From: Puccinia triticina
Lineage: Eukaryota
Direction of reading: 5' to 3'
DNA length: 64,000 bases
Assembly (NCBI GenBank): GCA_026914245.1
Contig: CP110439.1
Coordinates: 186,001-250,000 of the forward strand
Shown: positions 50,801 to 63,534 of the stretch, piece by piece
Layout of the letters: each line of letters opens with the position of its first letter
Position numbering within the stretch: the stretch's first letter is position 1
Program-made: the position numbers and the translations under genes
The notes under the pieces: model-generated
Seen by the model: only the letters and a program-made list of their open reading frames with translations
The model's database searches: none
Told to the model about the DNA's origin: nothing

Positions 50801-51905
50801 CATCCAATCAAACCTGAATCCAGCCGATTTCTTAACTAAGCCGGTCGGTCGATGTACAATAAGAAGATCGCTCAAATCTATTGGCATTTCATGCGGTTCC
50901 AAGTCTGCTTCAAATCTTGCGACTCGAAGCACGGCGGAATGTTGGAATTCGACTCACCCTCATAAGAGGAGTACCCCTGGTGAGTAGTACTCTAGTACAC
51001 TCACCAAAGAGTTCATAATGAATATTAATATTCATTATCCTCTGCAAATCTGTGACAGATCCCCTGCACAACCCAGATCGCAAGAAGCCTCGCGCTATTG
51101 CACCAAGCAGTGACAACAGCAACGTCACCGCTCAAAACTTAGTCGATTTGCTATCGACAAGCTCCTCGTGAGTTGCAGACTTCACAAACTCAGTCGAATG
51201 AAAAGCTAATCATCTTTTCATTCTTCTTTAGATCAACCAATCCCGAAGTCCAAACCAAAACAAAAGATCGAAGCAGTCAAACGTTCACGAAGACATCATA
51301 CACAAGTCTTGCGGACCGTATTAGCTTGTTGATCATCGACAAAGATTAAATAAAGACTAGATCGTTACAAATATTGCTTTTAACCAGATACATCTCAATC
51401 TTGTTCAGTTGCTAGTCACTCGACTAAGTTACGGACACAGACAAGCATCTTTGAGCAGATTAAGCATCTGCCTTCAGGTAAACACCTTTGTTATTTTAAT
51501 AGAACATTACTATTATATCTTTGTATTTCTTTATCAGTCATACTTATAAAAGAAATACATCTTCAGCTTTTACAATTCTCTCAATTCTTCTAAGATTTCT
51601 ATTTCCTTTTCATTCTGAACCCCTTCAAGGTCCACTTTGAAAGGTTTCAATCAATGATTTTGTTTTTTGTTTTTGGAAAAAAGGATTTATCATTGTATCC
51701 AAGTTCTGGGAGTTTTTCTGGATTTGAGCCACTGCAATATGAAAGGTCATCCTACTCACTATTAATTTCCTGGCTTAAATCAGCTGTTTAAAAGGGGTTT
51801 ATGAAAGTTGAAAATGTCAGTGTTTCTATTCCTCTATATTGGAAGGATCGGCACCTGAGCTTGAAATAATTTACCTTCTGATTTTGAAGCTGTTCTAGAA
51901 GCTAA

Positions 51906-52287
51906 GGCTTTGTTTGGAGCCAATATAAATATAGGTGATATAATCATTGGTTAATTCAATGAAAACTACAAAATTCAACATAAAGCCTCCAAATATTTTT
52001 TCTAGGCAACCTACAATACTGGTCTCTTCAAGTATGAAGTCAGATTCAACTGATTCAGCCATATTCAGTACTGTAGTACCATTATATCTCTTTTGACCAA
52101 AACAAAGCAATATAATGGTATTATGGTGCTGAATATGGCTAAATCAGTTTAATCTGACTTCATAGTTGATGAGACCAGTACTGTAGGTTTCCTACAAAAA
52201 AAAATTGGATTCTTTATGTTGAGTTTTTTATTTTTTTATTGAATTTACAAATGATTATGTCACCTATATTTGGCTCCAAACGGGGCC
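51906..52287. mobile_element. Harbinger/Tourist-like foldback MITE, probably in an intron of the secreted-protein gene
   Basis: GGCTTTGTTTGGAGCCAA...TTGGCTCCAAACGGGGCC; TAA TSD; near-palindromic body. Confidence 0.8.
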
Positions 52288-53883
52288 TAAAAGATTTAGA
52301 AGCAACAACATTCACATTCAAAATGAGTCATTGTAAACCAAGGAAGGATCAAGATTAACATACATTCTGCTATATCATTTCCTCTCAGATGCCTCATGAA
52401 TCCTCCCACAAAGTTCCCCTTTTTTCTGTGACTTCCTCCCACTATCTCATCTTGATATGAATGTCTGCTCTGGGCAACTGGAAAGATTTCAAAGGATCTT
52501 TTTAGCAGGTTTTGTGAAAGTGGATGTGGTTGTGTTGAAGCACTATGGTAGGTCACAAAGAGCTGGAAGGCAACTAAGATTTTGGTGAAAAGCATGGCCA
52601 ATGATGGATGAATGTATTGGCTTGATGATTAAGAACAGGGAATTGTGATGGTGCTAAAAGAGTACAACCACAGGTCAGACCCACATTGCTCTCGGTATTT
52701 CTCCTTTCAATCTCTCCTTGATGCGACAAACGACCATTACCAGAAAGTTTATGCATGATGTTTGGGCGGTTGGTATCTTTGGGTGGCAATGTTGTACTGT
52801 TTGTTCGAAAAATGGTCGCGAAAATGTATGTACGTGGCAAGTCGTTATTGCCGACAGAGCGTTACTTGAGCCGCCATTCACTGGACTGAGCCCGAGGTGA
52901 TATCTCGAACAAACCGGTCGGGTGGACCCAGCAACCTGTCCAGTGTTCCCCCAACACCCTCAGAATTGGCCATGTGGGTGACCCTGCAGACATGTCTAGT
53001 CGAACTTAGCTAGTTAAGGCCCGAAGGTGAAGGCGTTCACGAGGGAAGCCTTTGGCCTCTCGACAGACTTTGAGTGGTACCGCGCCGACCCACCCGACAG
53101 TTTTCGGCGGGACAAGCAGTAGTAAGTCCTAAGTTCTAACTTACTGATGGCTTCGCGCATGAGCCCTCCCGGTGTGGGGCATGGGCCCTCGGGCTGCGAA
53201 TGCCGTCCCAGTACCGAGCGGAAGAGAACGCCTTCATCACCATGTTCCGGGGACTATCCTGAAGAGAGGTATACCGTACTGTGGAGTTGCATCATGCTCG
53301 CCTCGGAAGGAACCGTCTCGAAGCACCAGAACGGCGCAATACGAAGATTACCGACCTGGAACCCTCACGGAAGGCGCGCTTGCAGTGAACCGAGCACTGC
53401 CGGAGCCCGATGGTGAGATGGACTATCTCGTCGGAGAATGGGCTGAGATTCGACCAAGCGCAGGAACGCTTCCCTCAGCCAATACGCCGACACCATTCGA
53501 GCGTCACCAACAGCACGATCAGGACTCAGCGGTCCCTAGAGTCTGAGTACTTGAGAAGGTGCCTGCGCCGGTCCGCCCTGGTCATCATGCCCTGGGTGGC
53601 CGTGGGGTCGGCTGGCCGATGAGGAGAGACTCTCTCCTGCGCCTGGTCGATCGAGAAATCGCTTCGACCAAGCGGCTCTTCCCAGCAGCTCTTAAAGAGA
53701 CTCTCCTCTTCCCCCCACCGTCGGTCTCTATCCATCATTCACCATCTGTGCTATTTTTGTTGTAATCTTTCGACATCAGTTTTCATACCTTCCTTCGTAC
53801 TCAAACCACTTGACCCTTCCACAGCTACCAAAACACTCCTTCCACCTTACCAACTTGTCGCCTTCCTTTTAACCGCCTCGAAA

Positions 53884-55096
53884 ATGCTTTTCTCAATCCA
53901 ACAGAAGGCCGCGTCCACCTTAGGCCTCGCTATCGCTGTCTCCGCCGCCCCCTTGAATGAACGTGCCAAGCTCCCCCTCTCCGAGCGTGGTGTTGGCCTC
54001 GGATGGCTTTGCCACTTCGATGGCCCGGCTGCTCCTACCGTTGATCTTTCCTTGAATCTTCCTCTCATGCTGGGAGGATTATGTGCTAAGGTACGCGTAA
54101 CCCTCCATTTCACGCGTTCTCGACTTTTACTTACTTTTGGCCTTCGTTGCCTCAGGTCAACTACGACTACGAGGGCTGTAGCAGCTTCAAGCCGTCTGGC
54201 AAAGCGCCCGCTGGCCACGGTGATCCGGTCAAGGCCCAATCAATCGACGACGGCGAAGACTCCAACGACCAGGCCAAGCCTAAGCACCATGCGAAGCCCA
54301 AGCCCGACGCCGACGGCTCTGTCGGTGCTCAATCATTCAACGACGCCGGCGGTGATGGTCAAGATGCCTCCTCCCCCGACGGCGGCAAGGCCAAATCGCC
54401 CAGCTCGCATCCCAAAAAGCCCAAGCACCACGGCGAAGACGGCGACGGACTTACCGGTGCCCAATCCTTCAACGACGCTGGCGACAACGACAAGCCCAAG
54501 AAAAACCACTCTGGTTCCGTCGGTGCTCTCGGAAACGGAGATAACGACTCTGACCGTTGCAACCGCAACGAACACTACAGCTCGCAGCTTCACAAATGTG
54601 TCAACAAGAGCTTTTTCTCCAAGGCCAACAAGGACTCCACTTGCAAGAATGGCAAACTCGATGCAGTCAGTACTTATTACTCACTGCCGCGTGTTTTCTA
54701 CCGACCACAGCCAACTTACTCACATGATAATTTCTCCCAGCTCCTTAAACTCTGCCTCGACGTCTCAATCTTGGGGCTCACCAAACCTCTGCACGCTGAG
54801 GCTACCGTGCTACCTTTCGGTCCGGGACGTAATGGCAAGAACGGCTGCCCCGTCGGACAACAGCTCTCGTCGCTCCTCAACGTTTGCATTGACCAAAAGT
54901 TCTTCTCCGACCCTTTGGCCGGCCACCAATGTCAATCGGGATGGAAGCTTGACTTGGTAAGAAGATACAGTTTTCATGCTAGCAATTTACTTCATCAGAT
55001 AATCTTACTTTCTTTTTCGACCCTTTCCGTCACCTATAGGTCCTCGGTATCTGCTTAGACCTAGCAGGTTGTCAAAACCAGGGCTTAACTAACTGA
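53884..55096 (+). CDS. Cys-rich secreted protein (effector or cell-wall candidate) with AQSFND repeats, 4 exons
   Basis: Signal peptide MLFSIQQKAASTLGLAIAVSA; predicted exons 53884-54090, 54157-~54666, 54741-54956 and 55040-55096; repeated Cys modules. Confidence 0.75.
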
Positions 55097-55975
55097 GTTC
55101 CTTTCGTCAACCCATTCTGTTATGTCAAGCAGTAGTTCAAGTAGCTTGTACTTTTTATTACTTATTTTTTGTTTGATTGTTTGCTGTCCAATCGTTATAC
55201 CACTGTCCTTTTATCTGCCCTGATGTGTCCTAATTCAAACCACAAACCGTGTCCTTCTCTCTCACCAAACAAAAGCCATTTTGATAGGCTTGTCCCACCG
55301 CTCCTCATCAAAACATAGCTTGAGAAACTAGCTTGGTCACGAGTGCGGCAGCCGCGCTGCCAGGCCTCCCCCTTCGCTACCGCGTGCATGAAGGCTGTGG
55401 TTACAGGCCCCAGATCTGGTTCGGGAATGCCATTGTAGCTGTCCAAAATTTGGTTTACTTTCGATGTTGAAAAAATACCTTCTCAACAAACCCGACGGGG
55501 TGTTTCAGGGTGTTTCATGACCAGCAGTGTCACAGCTTTGCATGCATCAGTCCCAATCCAACCAGCACGCGGGAATTTTCTTCAGCTTGTGGACCAGTCA
55601 ATGCTCCCTCCACCGATCAACAAAAGTAAGGAGGGGGGGTGAGGCGGAGTGACCAAAAGAGAAAAAAAGGATGGATGGAAAAAAAACGAAGATATGAATT
55701 ATTCAAAGATACAGAGAGCGCAAAAGCGCAGAGAAAGAGAGGAATACATTATCGAACAATATCAAAGTATAATCTCGCAAGTCAAATAAGGAGAAAAGAG
55801 ACAGAGGACAGGAAAGAATAGGTTCTAGACAAGGGTGAGCGTCTGTGCTCCTTTAATGGGCTGCTCCTTGAAAAATAAATGAAATATATAAAGGGACGAG
55901 AGAAGCCGACCTCGCCGATAAAGGAAGGAAGAAAGGAAAGAGGGGAAAAAGTACAACAAGAAGAATCAAAGAGAG

Positions 55976-58839
55976 TTACACGATAATACAGTCTTCTTTT
56001 CCTTTCTTGTTATCGGCGGTGATTGGACTAAGACCGGGAGTGGAAGAAGGAAGGGGGGGATGGACGTTGGGGAGGGAGTTTTCGTTTGGGTTGCTCGAGT
56101 TGCGTCTGCTAGTGAGCGCTGCGCGACTCTTACGTTTGCCACCAGCACCAGCACCAGCAACGCCACTCTTGCTCGTCTCCTTGTTGGTGCTGTCCTCGAT
56201 CACCGTCAGCCCACCAGCCGCGTTCTTCAGACGCTCTTTGGCTCGCTTGTCGCCGTGCTCGGCTGCGCTCCTGAACCAGCGTTGCGCTTCCCGCTCATCC
56301 CGAATCGTCCCGACACCAACCTATGCAAAGCGAAGGGAAATAAAAATATACTTGATCAGTATCTCTGGAGGACTGGAATCCAATCTCGAAAGACTAGTCA
56401 CCTCGGTGAAGTACCCGACGGCATATTCAGCCTTCGCCAACCCAGCCTCTGCCGCTTTCTTCGCCCACAAATACGCCTCTGTATCTGATTGGGGCAAGAC
56501 ACCTGGAGAGCCGACGAGATACCAAGCAGTGAGAGCGAAACAGGCCTCTTTATGATTCTGCTGAGCCGCAATATCTGCACACAGAGCGGTTTAGTGCCAA
56601 TTTTCACGTTTGGGCCACAAAGAAACCAAGGGTGAAAGCTCAACTGTAATAATGGATGCTCAACGCCGCATCCTGAGGACATCCCATCCTTCCGTACTCG
56701 TAACATTCGCCTAGCTTGTATGCACTTGGTGCATACCCTAGCTCTGCTGCCCGAGCGAGCAGCTCAACTGCATAATCGTAATCGACAAAGACCACATGTT
56801 CCAAGCCACGTTCGTGTAGCAGAGCGAGCTCGTGCAGCGGATTCGGGTGTGCCGAATCTGCCAGCTAAAGATGACCGTCAGGTCTGGATTAGCACCGGAA
56901 AGAACGCATGAATGATTCAAAAAAAAAAAACTCACTTCCGCCGCTCGTTTTAACCATTTCACACCATCCTTCGGCTTTCTTGGTTGGCCTAGATCACCAT
57001 TCAAGTCAGCCAGACCGAGCCGATACATGGCCAAAGGGTGTTGAGCAATTGCAGCTTTCCTGTATAATCGCACCCAAAGACCAACGATCAGACAGAAGCA
57101 ACTCGACCAAGCAAAGAAAAAGTGATCAACTGACCGATAGAACTGGAGAGCTTTGTCCCTTTCTTTGCGAGTTCCCCAGCCAAACTCGCAGCACTGTCCA
57201 GCACGATACATGGCTTCGACATGGCCGTGTTTGGCAGCCAAGACGAAGAGGGGGAAGGCGCGCTCGTAATCTTGCTTCGAGCCCTTCCGGGTCATGGGAC
57301 TTGAGAGATCCAATCCGGGTCCACCACTTCCGAGCTGTTGAATCCCAGCGGAGGATACACCACCCGCGGTCCCGATGGCTTTGGTGTAACAATCGGCCAA
57401 TAGAAATTGTGACTGGACGTGCCCTCGGTTCGATAGTTTCTGGAGCAAGAATAGTGCCTCCTGGGTAAGCGAAGCCTTTTCCTTCTCTCTTTCACTGCGA
57501 TGCAAAAATGTCAATTGACTGGTAATCAAAAGGGGAAAGAGGGACAGGAATTTACGTGTTGGCACATCCAGGTGATGAGGACTTGGAAGAAGGATCCAAA
57601 GTAGACCTTCGCCTCTGACCATCGAGGGAATCAGTTTGGCCGTCGATAGATTTGCTAGTGACAACGAGAATTAAGTACACTCTTCCAGTGAGACTAGATG
57701 TATAAAAGGAAGAATTACCAGTCCTCATCATCCTCGCCGTTCATCTCTTTCACCAGGTCCATCAAGAAACATCCAAACTCGAACATCACCTCGGGATCGT
57801 TGGTCTTCTTAGCGTTGTTTCGATAGAGCTCGAGTGCTGGGAAAGAGGGACAAAATGAGAGGGGTTTTTTTTTTTGAGCGCATGTTATTGTGATGCAAGT
57901 ACGCAAGGAGGAGGCAAACTTTTGGCATGGTTCAAGAGTTTGGCCTTGTTGCCAGGTTTGAGATGGCTGTTGTCGAGTAGTGGGCCAGCGGAGAGACTGT
58001 TGGGGTTGTTGGGGTCGAGAAGGAAGCCCTCTTGAGGATGAGGGATCGAGCTGAGTCTGCTGGATTGGCGGCGTTGGCTGGAGCGACCGAGGGAGAGGGC
58101 GTTGGTTTGGCGGTATCGATGTTCGGCTGAGTCCGGCGGTAGACTGGATGAAGGACTGTTTGTGCCGCTTGATCTGTAGTTTGGACTCGAGTGGCCCTGT
58201 GAGCGCTCTACGGTGGGATCGACTTGAAGTCCATAGAACGAGGAGGGGCGAAGGTTGGGATTGGCCGGTTGGCCCTGAGGGAATTGGTTGGGGTCGAGTG
58301 GTTGCTGTTGGATACGGGGATCCGAATGGAGGGTATGGTTGATGGTGGGTTGTTGAGAGGCAGAGATGGGATGAGGTGATTGTTCAAAGGGTTCGATTGT
58401 GTCGATCCCAAAGAACGAATCGGTCCTGATCCGAGGGCGCTGCTGTGGTTGCTGCTGCTGCTGTTGCTGCTTTGAGTTTGATGAAGATCTGGATGATTGA
58501 GATGATGAAGAGGATGGAAGATGGAATGGGACGGGCGATGCTGGTTGGGAGTCCTTGTCTTGGTAGGAGAAGATCAGAGGTCTGTTCCGTGGCTGTGAGG
58601 CGGGTGGATGCTGCTGAGGGGAGGTTGGGGAGTCTGCCGAGGGAGAGAGCAGGCGTTCGTTTTTGCTGGCCTGAGGCAGGGAGCGAGGGCCGGATGGATG
58701 GGGGTGGGTGGTGATGGGATTGATGACTAGATGGAGCCAAGCGCAGTGTGGTTAGTTGCTGGTCAGTTGGCTGTGTATTAGGGTGGAGATGCTTACGGTT
58801 GGGTGGTCTTGGGAGTGAGTGGTGCTGGTCGGAGGACAT
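55976..58839 (-). CDS. CHS4: SEL1-repeat chitin synthase activator (Chs4/Skt5-like), multi-exon; start approximate
   Basis: AFPLFVLAAKHGHVEAMYRAGQCCEFGWG, AMYRLGLADLNGDLG, WYLVGSPGVLPQSDTEAYLWAKKAAE, AEYAVGYFTE, and a C-terminal CaaX-type KEDCIIV*. Confidence 0.85.
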
Positions 58840-60592
58840 GGTGGCTTGGATTTGGATTTGGTTCTGGTTTTGGTTTTGGTTTTGGTTTTGGTTTTTTTGG
58901 GAAGTGGGTTGTTGATGGTTGGGGAGAGGGAGGGAGGGAGGGGGGGGGGACACGGGGCCAGGGATGGGAGAGTTGCTTAAATAGTTGGGCGGGCACAGCA
59001 CTGTGCTCAGGCGGTTGTCCTGTCTGGCCGGGGCTGACCAAACTGATCGGGCTCAAGGATGGAGATGGCTGACTGGGTTTGCAGAAGAAAACGGTCGATC
59101 GAAGAAGACCACCAACGGTGGGAGGATGAGGTAAGCGCAAGAAAACCTAGAATCGGCCACAGAAGCGGCTTTCCATCCAGCAGTCCCGCCCGCACCGTCG
59201 ATCACCCAAGCGACGGCCGGTGTGGACGCTGGGAATCTGATTGCTCGTCAGATCAGACCGACCGATCCTCCAAGCTTATTCCGCTTGCAACCCAGTTCCC
59301 AACAACCGCCTTCACAATCTTGGGCACCTCGCCCGCCGCGGACTTGCGCTGGTGGATCTGGGACAACCGTCCGAAGACCTACTCTTACTGCAACCTGGCC
59401 ATTCGGAGCTTGCTTATCCAAATAAATAAACAAGTAAATACTGGCTAGAAGACATCATCAGATCCATTCGAACAGAAACACTTCAACCCTCCCAATTTGG
59501 AATCGAGAAGCAGACCGACTGAAAAAAGTAACAGTCTGAGTCTTCGATAGATTGCATACAGATTCACACCGCAGCCTAACAGCCAGACTCAGAGTCAGAG
59601 TCAGACTGTTAAATAGGACGTAGATACTTTCTCCAGTCAGCCTCGGCTGTGGCATCCCTGTCAAGCCCCACAGCTGAGCCACTCTTGCCGATCATCAAGA
59701 GCTTATAAGTAAGGATCAGCAGTACTCCAAGGTTTGTACATACATATCTATTTATCTATTTACACATATCACAACAAATTCACTCTATGTTTCCTTTTTT
59801 TTTTTTCTTGCCTCATAAAGAATGAGATGATGTGTTGATTTACACAGATTTTTTCAGGCTCAGTTCATGGAACTCCGGAGGACCACTTGAGGGAACACAC
59901 TCAGATTACATATTATCAACATATTTAAAAAATCCAGAAGCCAAGCTGAAGAATCTTGTCCATCATCATCGAACATAGATGAGTCGGGCAGGCCCAGGTC
60001 CCAAGTAGCCATTCAACACCCTGATTAATAGCCTTTGATCTTGTATAACAAGCATAGTCATGGACACCGTCATTATGGCATCATATTCATCATGATTCGG
60101 TGATCAAATGGCTTTGCATGAAGTATGAGAAGGATTTAAAGGAGTCCTTTGGTCAAAACTCAGACATTTAAGATGCACAAGGATTTAATATGCATGCCAT
60201 GAAGATCTCTTAAAGGAGTGCGTGCAATGGGCAATCGAGAAGATTAAACATCTTGGCCGTAATTCATGATGGGCATAGGAAGTAGGATCATGTTTGGAAT
60301 CTGAAAGTCTTTGACTTGGCATGTGCCACTACACATTAAGCCTGAAGCGAAAAAAAAAAAAGAAATGCAACGAAATCTGCAACATTTGCTTGCTCAAGAA
60401 ATGAAACGAAATCTGCAGCATTTGCTTGCTCAAGGAAGGAAGCTTGGCGACAGACACTAGCTTGTTCTCCCACACCAGCACCTCCCAAAGATTTTCATTC
60501 TGCTGGAAACCATGTATCAGTTGTTCTCATTACGTGAAATCTTAAAGGAGGGCTGCGTATATGTTGTATGCACATTTGGGTCCAGTGGCTGA

Positions 60593-62107
60593 TCAAGGCC
60601 GCATACCTCTCATAGCGCCTTCCCTACAACCACGGAGGAAGAATGGTATAAGCGCTCGGGGGGAGATGAGGAGAGATGGTGAGGATGGGATGACGGACCA
60701 GACGGCGAGTGCGGCGGCATTCGTCGGGAAGGCGCGCAAGAGACACGGCGTCATCCCCCGGTAAAATGCCTGTCGCCAGCCGCGAGCGAGAGCAGAGAGC
60801 GTTCAGCAGACGGATGGCTCATGAAAGGGGAGGACGGCGACTGACTTTGATGCCGCCCTCGAGCCTGATCGCCCGTGCGGCTGAGAGCCACGTCGGATAG
60901 CGTCGATTCGTCAGCGAGTCACACATGATCCGACTACCCCAAAGCAAAAAAAAACGACCGTTAAGCCAGAGGGATTGCAGGGAAAGGAGGGGTTCCGGGC
61001 TGACTTTTTGACGGTGTCGAGCGGATAGCCGACGAGCCAAAAGACTTCCGCCGCGAGTCCGCCGGCGATGAATTGGGAGACGGAGGGGCCGAGGGCGAAG
61101 AGGCTGGAGGGGTGATGAGTGGCGAAGGTCTGGAAGAGGTGGTTGAGGGCGTGGTAGGAGGAGAACATGAGGGCGAAGCAGGTGCGGAAGATGAGGGTGG
61201 CGGGGAGGGCCCGGTAGAGGCTCTGGAGGCCGCCGGCGCGCACGATCTGGGAGGCGCAGTCGATCGGCCCCGTGTATAGTCTCGTGCGTGGATCGGAGGT
61301 CTGGATCTGTAGCTTGGCTTTTCTGGGGTTCGCTCGACGGACGATCGTTGGCGAGGGGGAAGAGCGTGAGTGGTGTGTTCGGAGGGCGGGGTGTGTATAT
61401 ATGTCAGCGTGACTACTCAACATGGTTTCGATCGGCGTGACGATCGAGCAGACCGTCCAGCCGGCCAGGGCGCCAGCGACCTACATAATGGAAGAGCGAG
61501 CACTGGGTGCCGAGTGGTCGGGGCGGGGGTGGGGGTGTGGGTGGAGAGCACGTACAGCATGGGAGCGGAGCGAGAGGGGCTGAGCGCCGTCGGGAGACTC
61601 GAGGTGGCCGAGCCAGCGCCGGTAGCGCTCGAGGGAGCCCATGAGCACGGCATCCGAGACCGCCCAGCCGGCGGCCGGGGGAGAGGCGCCCTTGTAGAGT
61701 GCGCGGGGGCCCTAGGACACCGCGATTGGCGGGTTGAGCTTCTTCTTCTTCTTCTTCTGACGATGATCTTGGGGCTGGGTGTGGGGCTCAACTTCATTGC
61801 GGATGGTCTGGAGGAAGCAGTCGAGCGGGCCATGGAAGACGCCCGCGGGTGCACACTGGATGCGGAGCTTGATGGTCTGTGTGTGGCACACGAGGGTGGG
61901 GGGGTGAGTGTGTGTGTGGAGATGGGGGGATATGGGGCCGGTGACGCACATCGAAGGGGTGGCCGACGGCGAGCTTGGTGAGGCCGGAGAGCAGGCCGGC
62001 GATGAACCTGTGGGCAAGCAGCGTCTGGTCAGCTGGGCGGGCGGCGGGGTGCCTGGGGGGAGTGCTGACCCTCGCGGGTCGGGCAGCTGGGCGTGGTTGG
62101 TGGCCAT
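60593..62107 (-). CDS. Mitochondrial carrier family (SLC25) protein, carnitine/YMC1-like subgroup, multi-exon
   Basis: Three Px[DE]xxK motifs (GHPFD|TIK, TPIETM..KAKLQ, GYPLDTVK) plus GPLDC, LYKG and ILRAFPTNAAA. Confidence 0.85.
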
Positions 62108-62635
62108 CGCAGTCGCTGGCTGGCGCAGTGGCTCGCAGCGCCAGTCAGTCGGCCTGGGCTTTCTTTGGCTGCCAGCGCCGAGCCGACGACGCCCGCCGCC
62201 CGCCCCGCCGCCTGGCCTGGATCGTCGGAGCACATCAGCCGATCATCCCAGCCGATCCTCCCTCGAGTGATCCCCTAGCCGCACACACCCCCACCCCCAC
62301 CACTACTTAACACGGGTCCACCCCCACCACTGCCCATCCACCCACCCAAGTACCGCAGTAGTAGTAGTCCTCTCCCCGCCATCGCCCCCCCCAAGCTCTT
62401 CTGGTAAGGCTACACCCTCGTCGCCAACACACCCAAAGCTCGACCCTGCAGCTGCAGCCTCGCCATAGCGCTCGTTGCCCAGCACCAGTCCTCCCCCACA
62501 GGGCTAACCAACGCCCCCGCCGAAACACATCACCCTATAAATCCCTCCTCGAGACTGCCTCTTTCCCCACCCAAGAAAAAAAAACCAAAGCCAAAAACCC
62601 AACACACACACACACACACACATCCTTCGCCGAAA

Positions 62636-63534
62636 ATGTCTGCATCCAACCAAGCCCCCACCCCCAAGCAATTCGTCATGGTCCAGTCCCTCACCGGAAT
62701 CAAACATCTGCTCTACTGCATCGTCGCCCTCTTCTCCTTCATCCTCTTCATCGTCTCCTGCGTCGTCGTCCCCTACGAGCGAGACACCTATGGAGGGTCA
62801 GTCCACACACACACACAAACACCCTCCAACTTGTATTCATTCCTTGCTTTTTTTTTTATAGATATAATCCGCCCGCTGCCGAGCTCGCCTTCACTGCCGC
62901 AGTAGGCGCCTTCTTCACCCCCGTCTTGTAAGCCCAACACCACCATCCCACTCCATCAGAGGCCGCTCATCTTGTTTGCCTTGTCTGTCCAGTGTATGGG
63001 CCCAGCGGGTCAGGCCGGACTTCATCTTCAACTCGCTCGCAGCCGAGCTGGCCTATTGCACCTTCATGTGGTTCTTCCTCCTCGGTTGGTCCCTCACCCC
63101 CTTTACCTCTAGTCTCTATCAGACTGCTTATTCATTATTCATCACCCACACACACAAAAAAAAAAAAAACAGGCGGTGTCGGCGGATTGAGTTCGCAGAC
63201 CTATGATCTCCTAGCCTGTGAGTTGGAAAAATCTTCCAGTATACAAAGGGAGCAGATCGGACTAACACCACATGTGTTGTTGATAGGTCAAAACCTGTTC
63301 ATCTGTCGAGGCTTCAGCACGATGATGGCCTTTGCGTGGCTCAACTGGATCATCTTCACCCTCATCACCGGCTTCCTGCTCGTCATCCTCGCAAAGCTCT
63401 GGTCCAGGCAGTCGCCCATCAAGTGGACCGCCCCAACCAAGGTCGTCTACCTCGCTTCCCGCGGCGAACTCGAGCAGTTCTCTGACCCTTCCATCCCTGA
63501 GAAACAAACAACCTCCGCTTCACTCGAGGCTTGA
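62636..63534 (+). CDS. MARVEL-like four-TM membrane protein, multi-exon
   Basis: Hydrophobic helices LLYCIVALFSFILFIVSC, ELAFTAAVGAFF, AELAYCTFMWFFLLG and CRGFSTMMAFAWLNWIIF; short GT-AG introns. Confidence 0.7.

Larger units (their letters stand above)
35828..51583 (+). mobile_element. Ty1/Copia LTR retrotransposon (outer), decayed, hosting two other Copia elements
   Basis: 644-bp LTRs at 35828-36471 and 50940-51583 (TG...CA); TSD ATTCT; gag at 36547-36990 and 42035-42530; protease LDSGASHHM; integrase about 47856-49310; RT/RNase H about 49374-50900 (YAHVDDL, YVDADWG). Confidence 0.95.
32627..52595 (-). pseudogene. Probable large secreted-protein gene with an internal repeated domain, split by the nested Copia block
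   Basis: Signal-peptide-like start MLFTKILVAFQLFVTYHSAST at 52595. The exon reads KVDLEGVQNEKEIEILEE|LCQKI across the ATTCT TSD. Paralogous blocks GFVPYKRL..IK..Y..AISNY lie near 32850 and 34700. Confidence 0.5.

Noticed and set aside
52980..53135. Group I intron core (CAGACT...AGTCC)
   Set aside because: Only weak R/S-like words, no P/Q elements and no rRNA host.
53884..54960. 358-aa single-exon Thr/Pro-rich ORF
   Set aside because: Reads through introns; the spliced 4-exon model has canonical sites and coherent repeats.
60362..60435. 37-bp direct duplication after a poly(A) run
   Set aside because: Simple local duplication with no further structure.
61370..62310. Several GC-rich plus-strand ORFs
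   Set aside because: Antisense shadows of the mitochondrial carrier gene.
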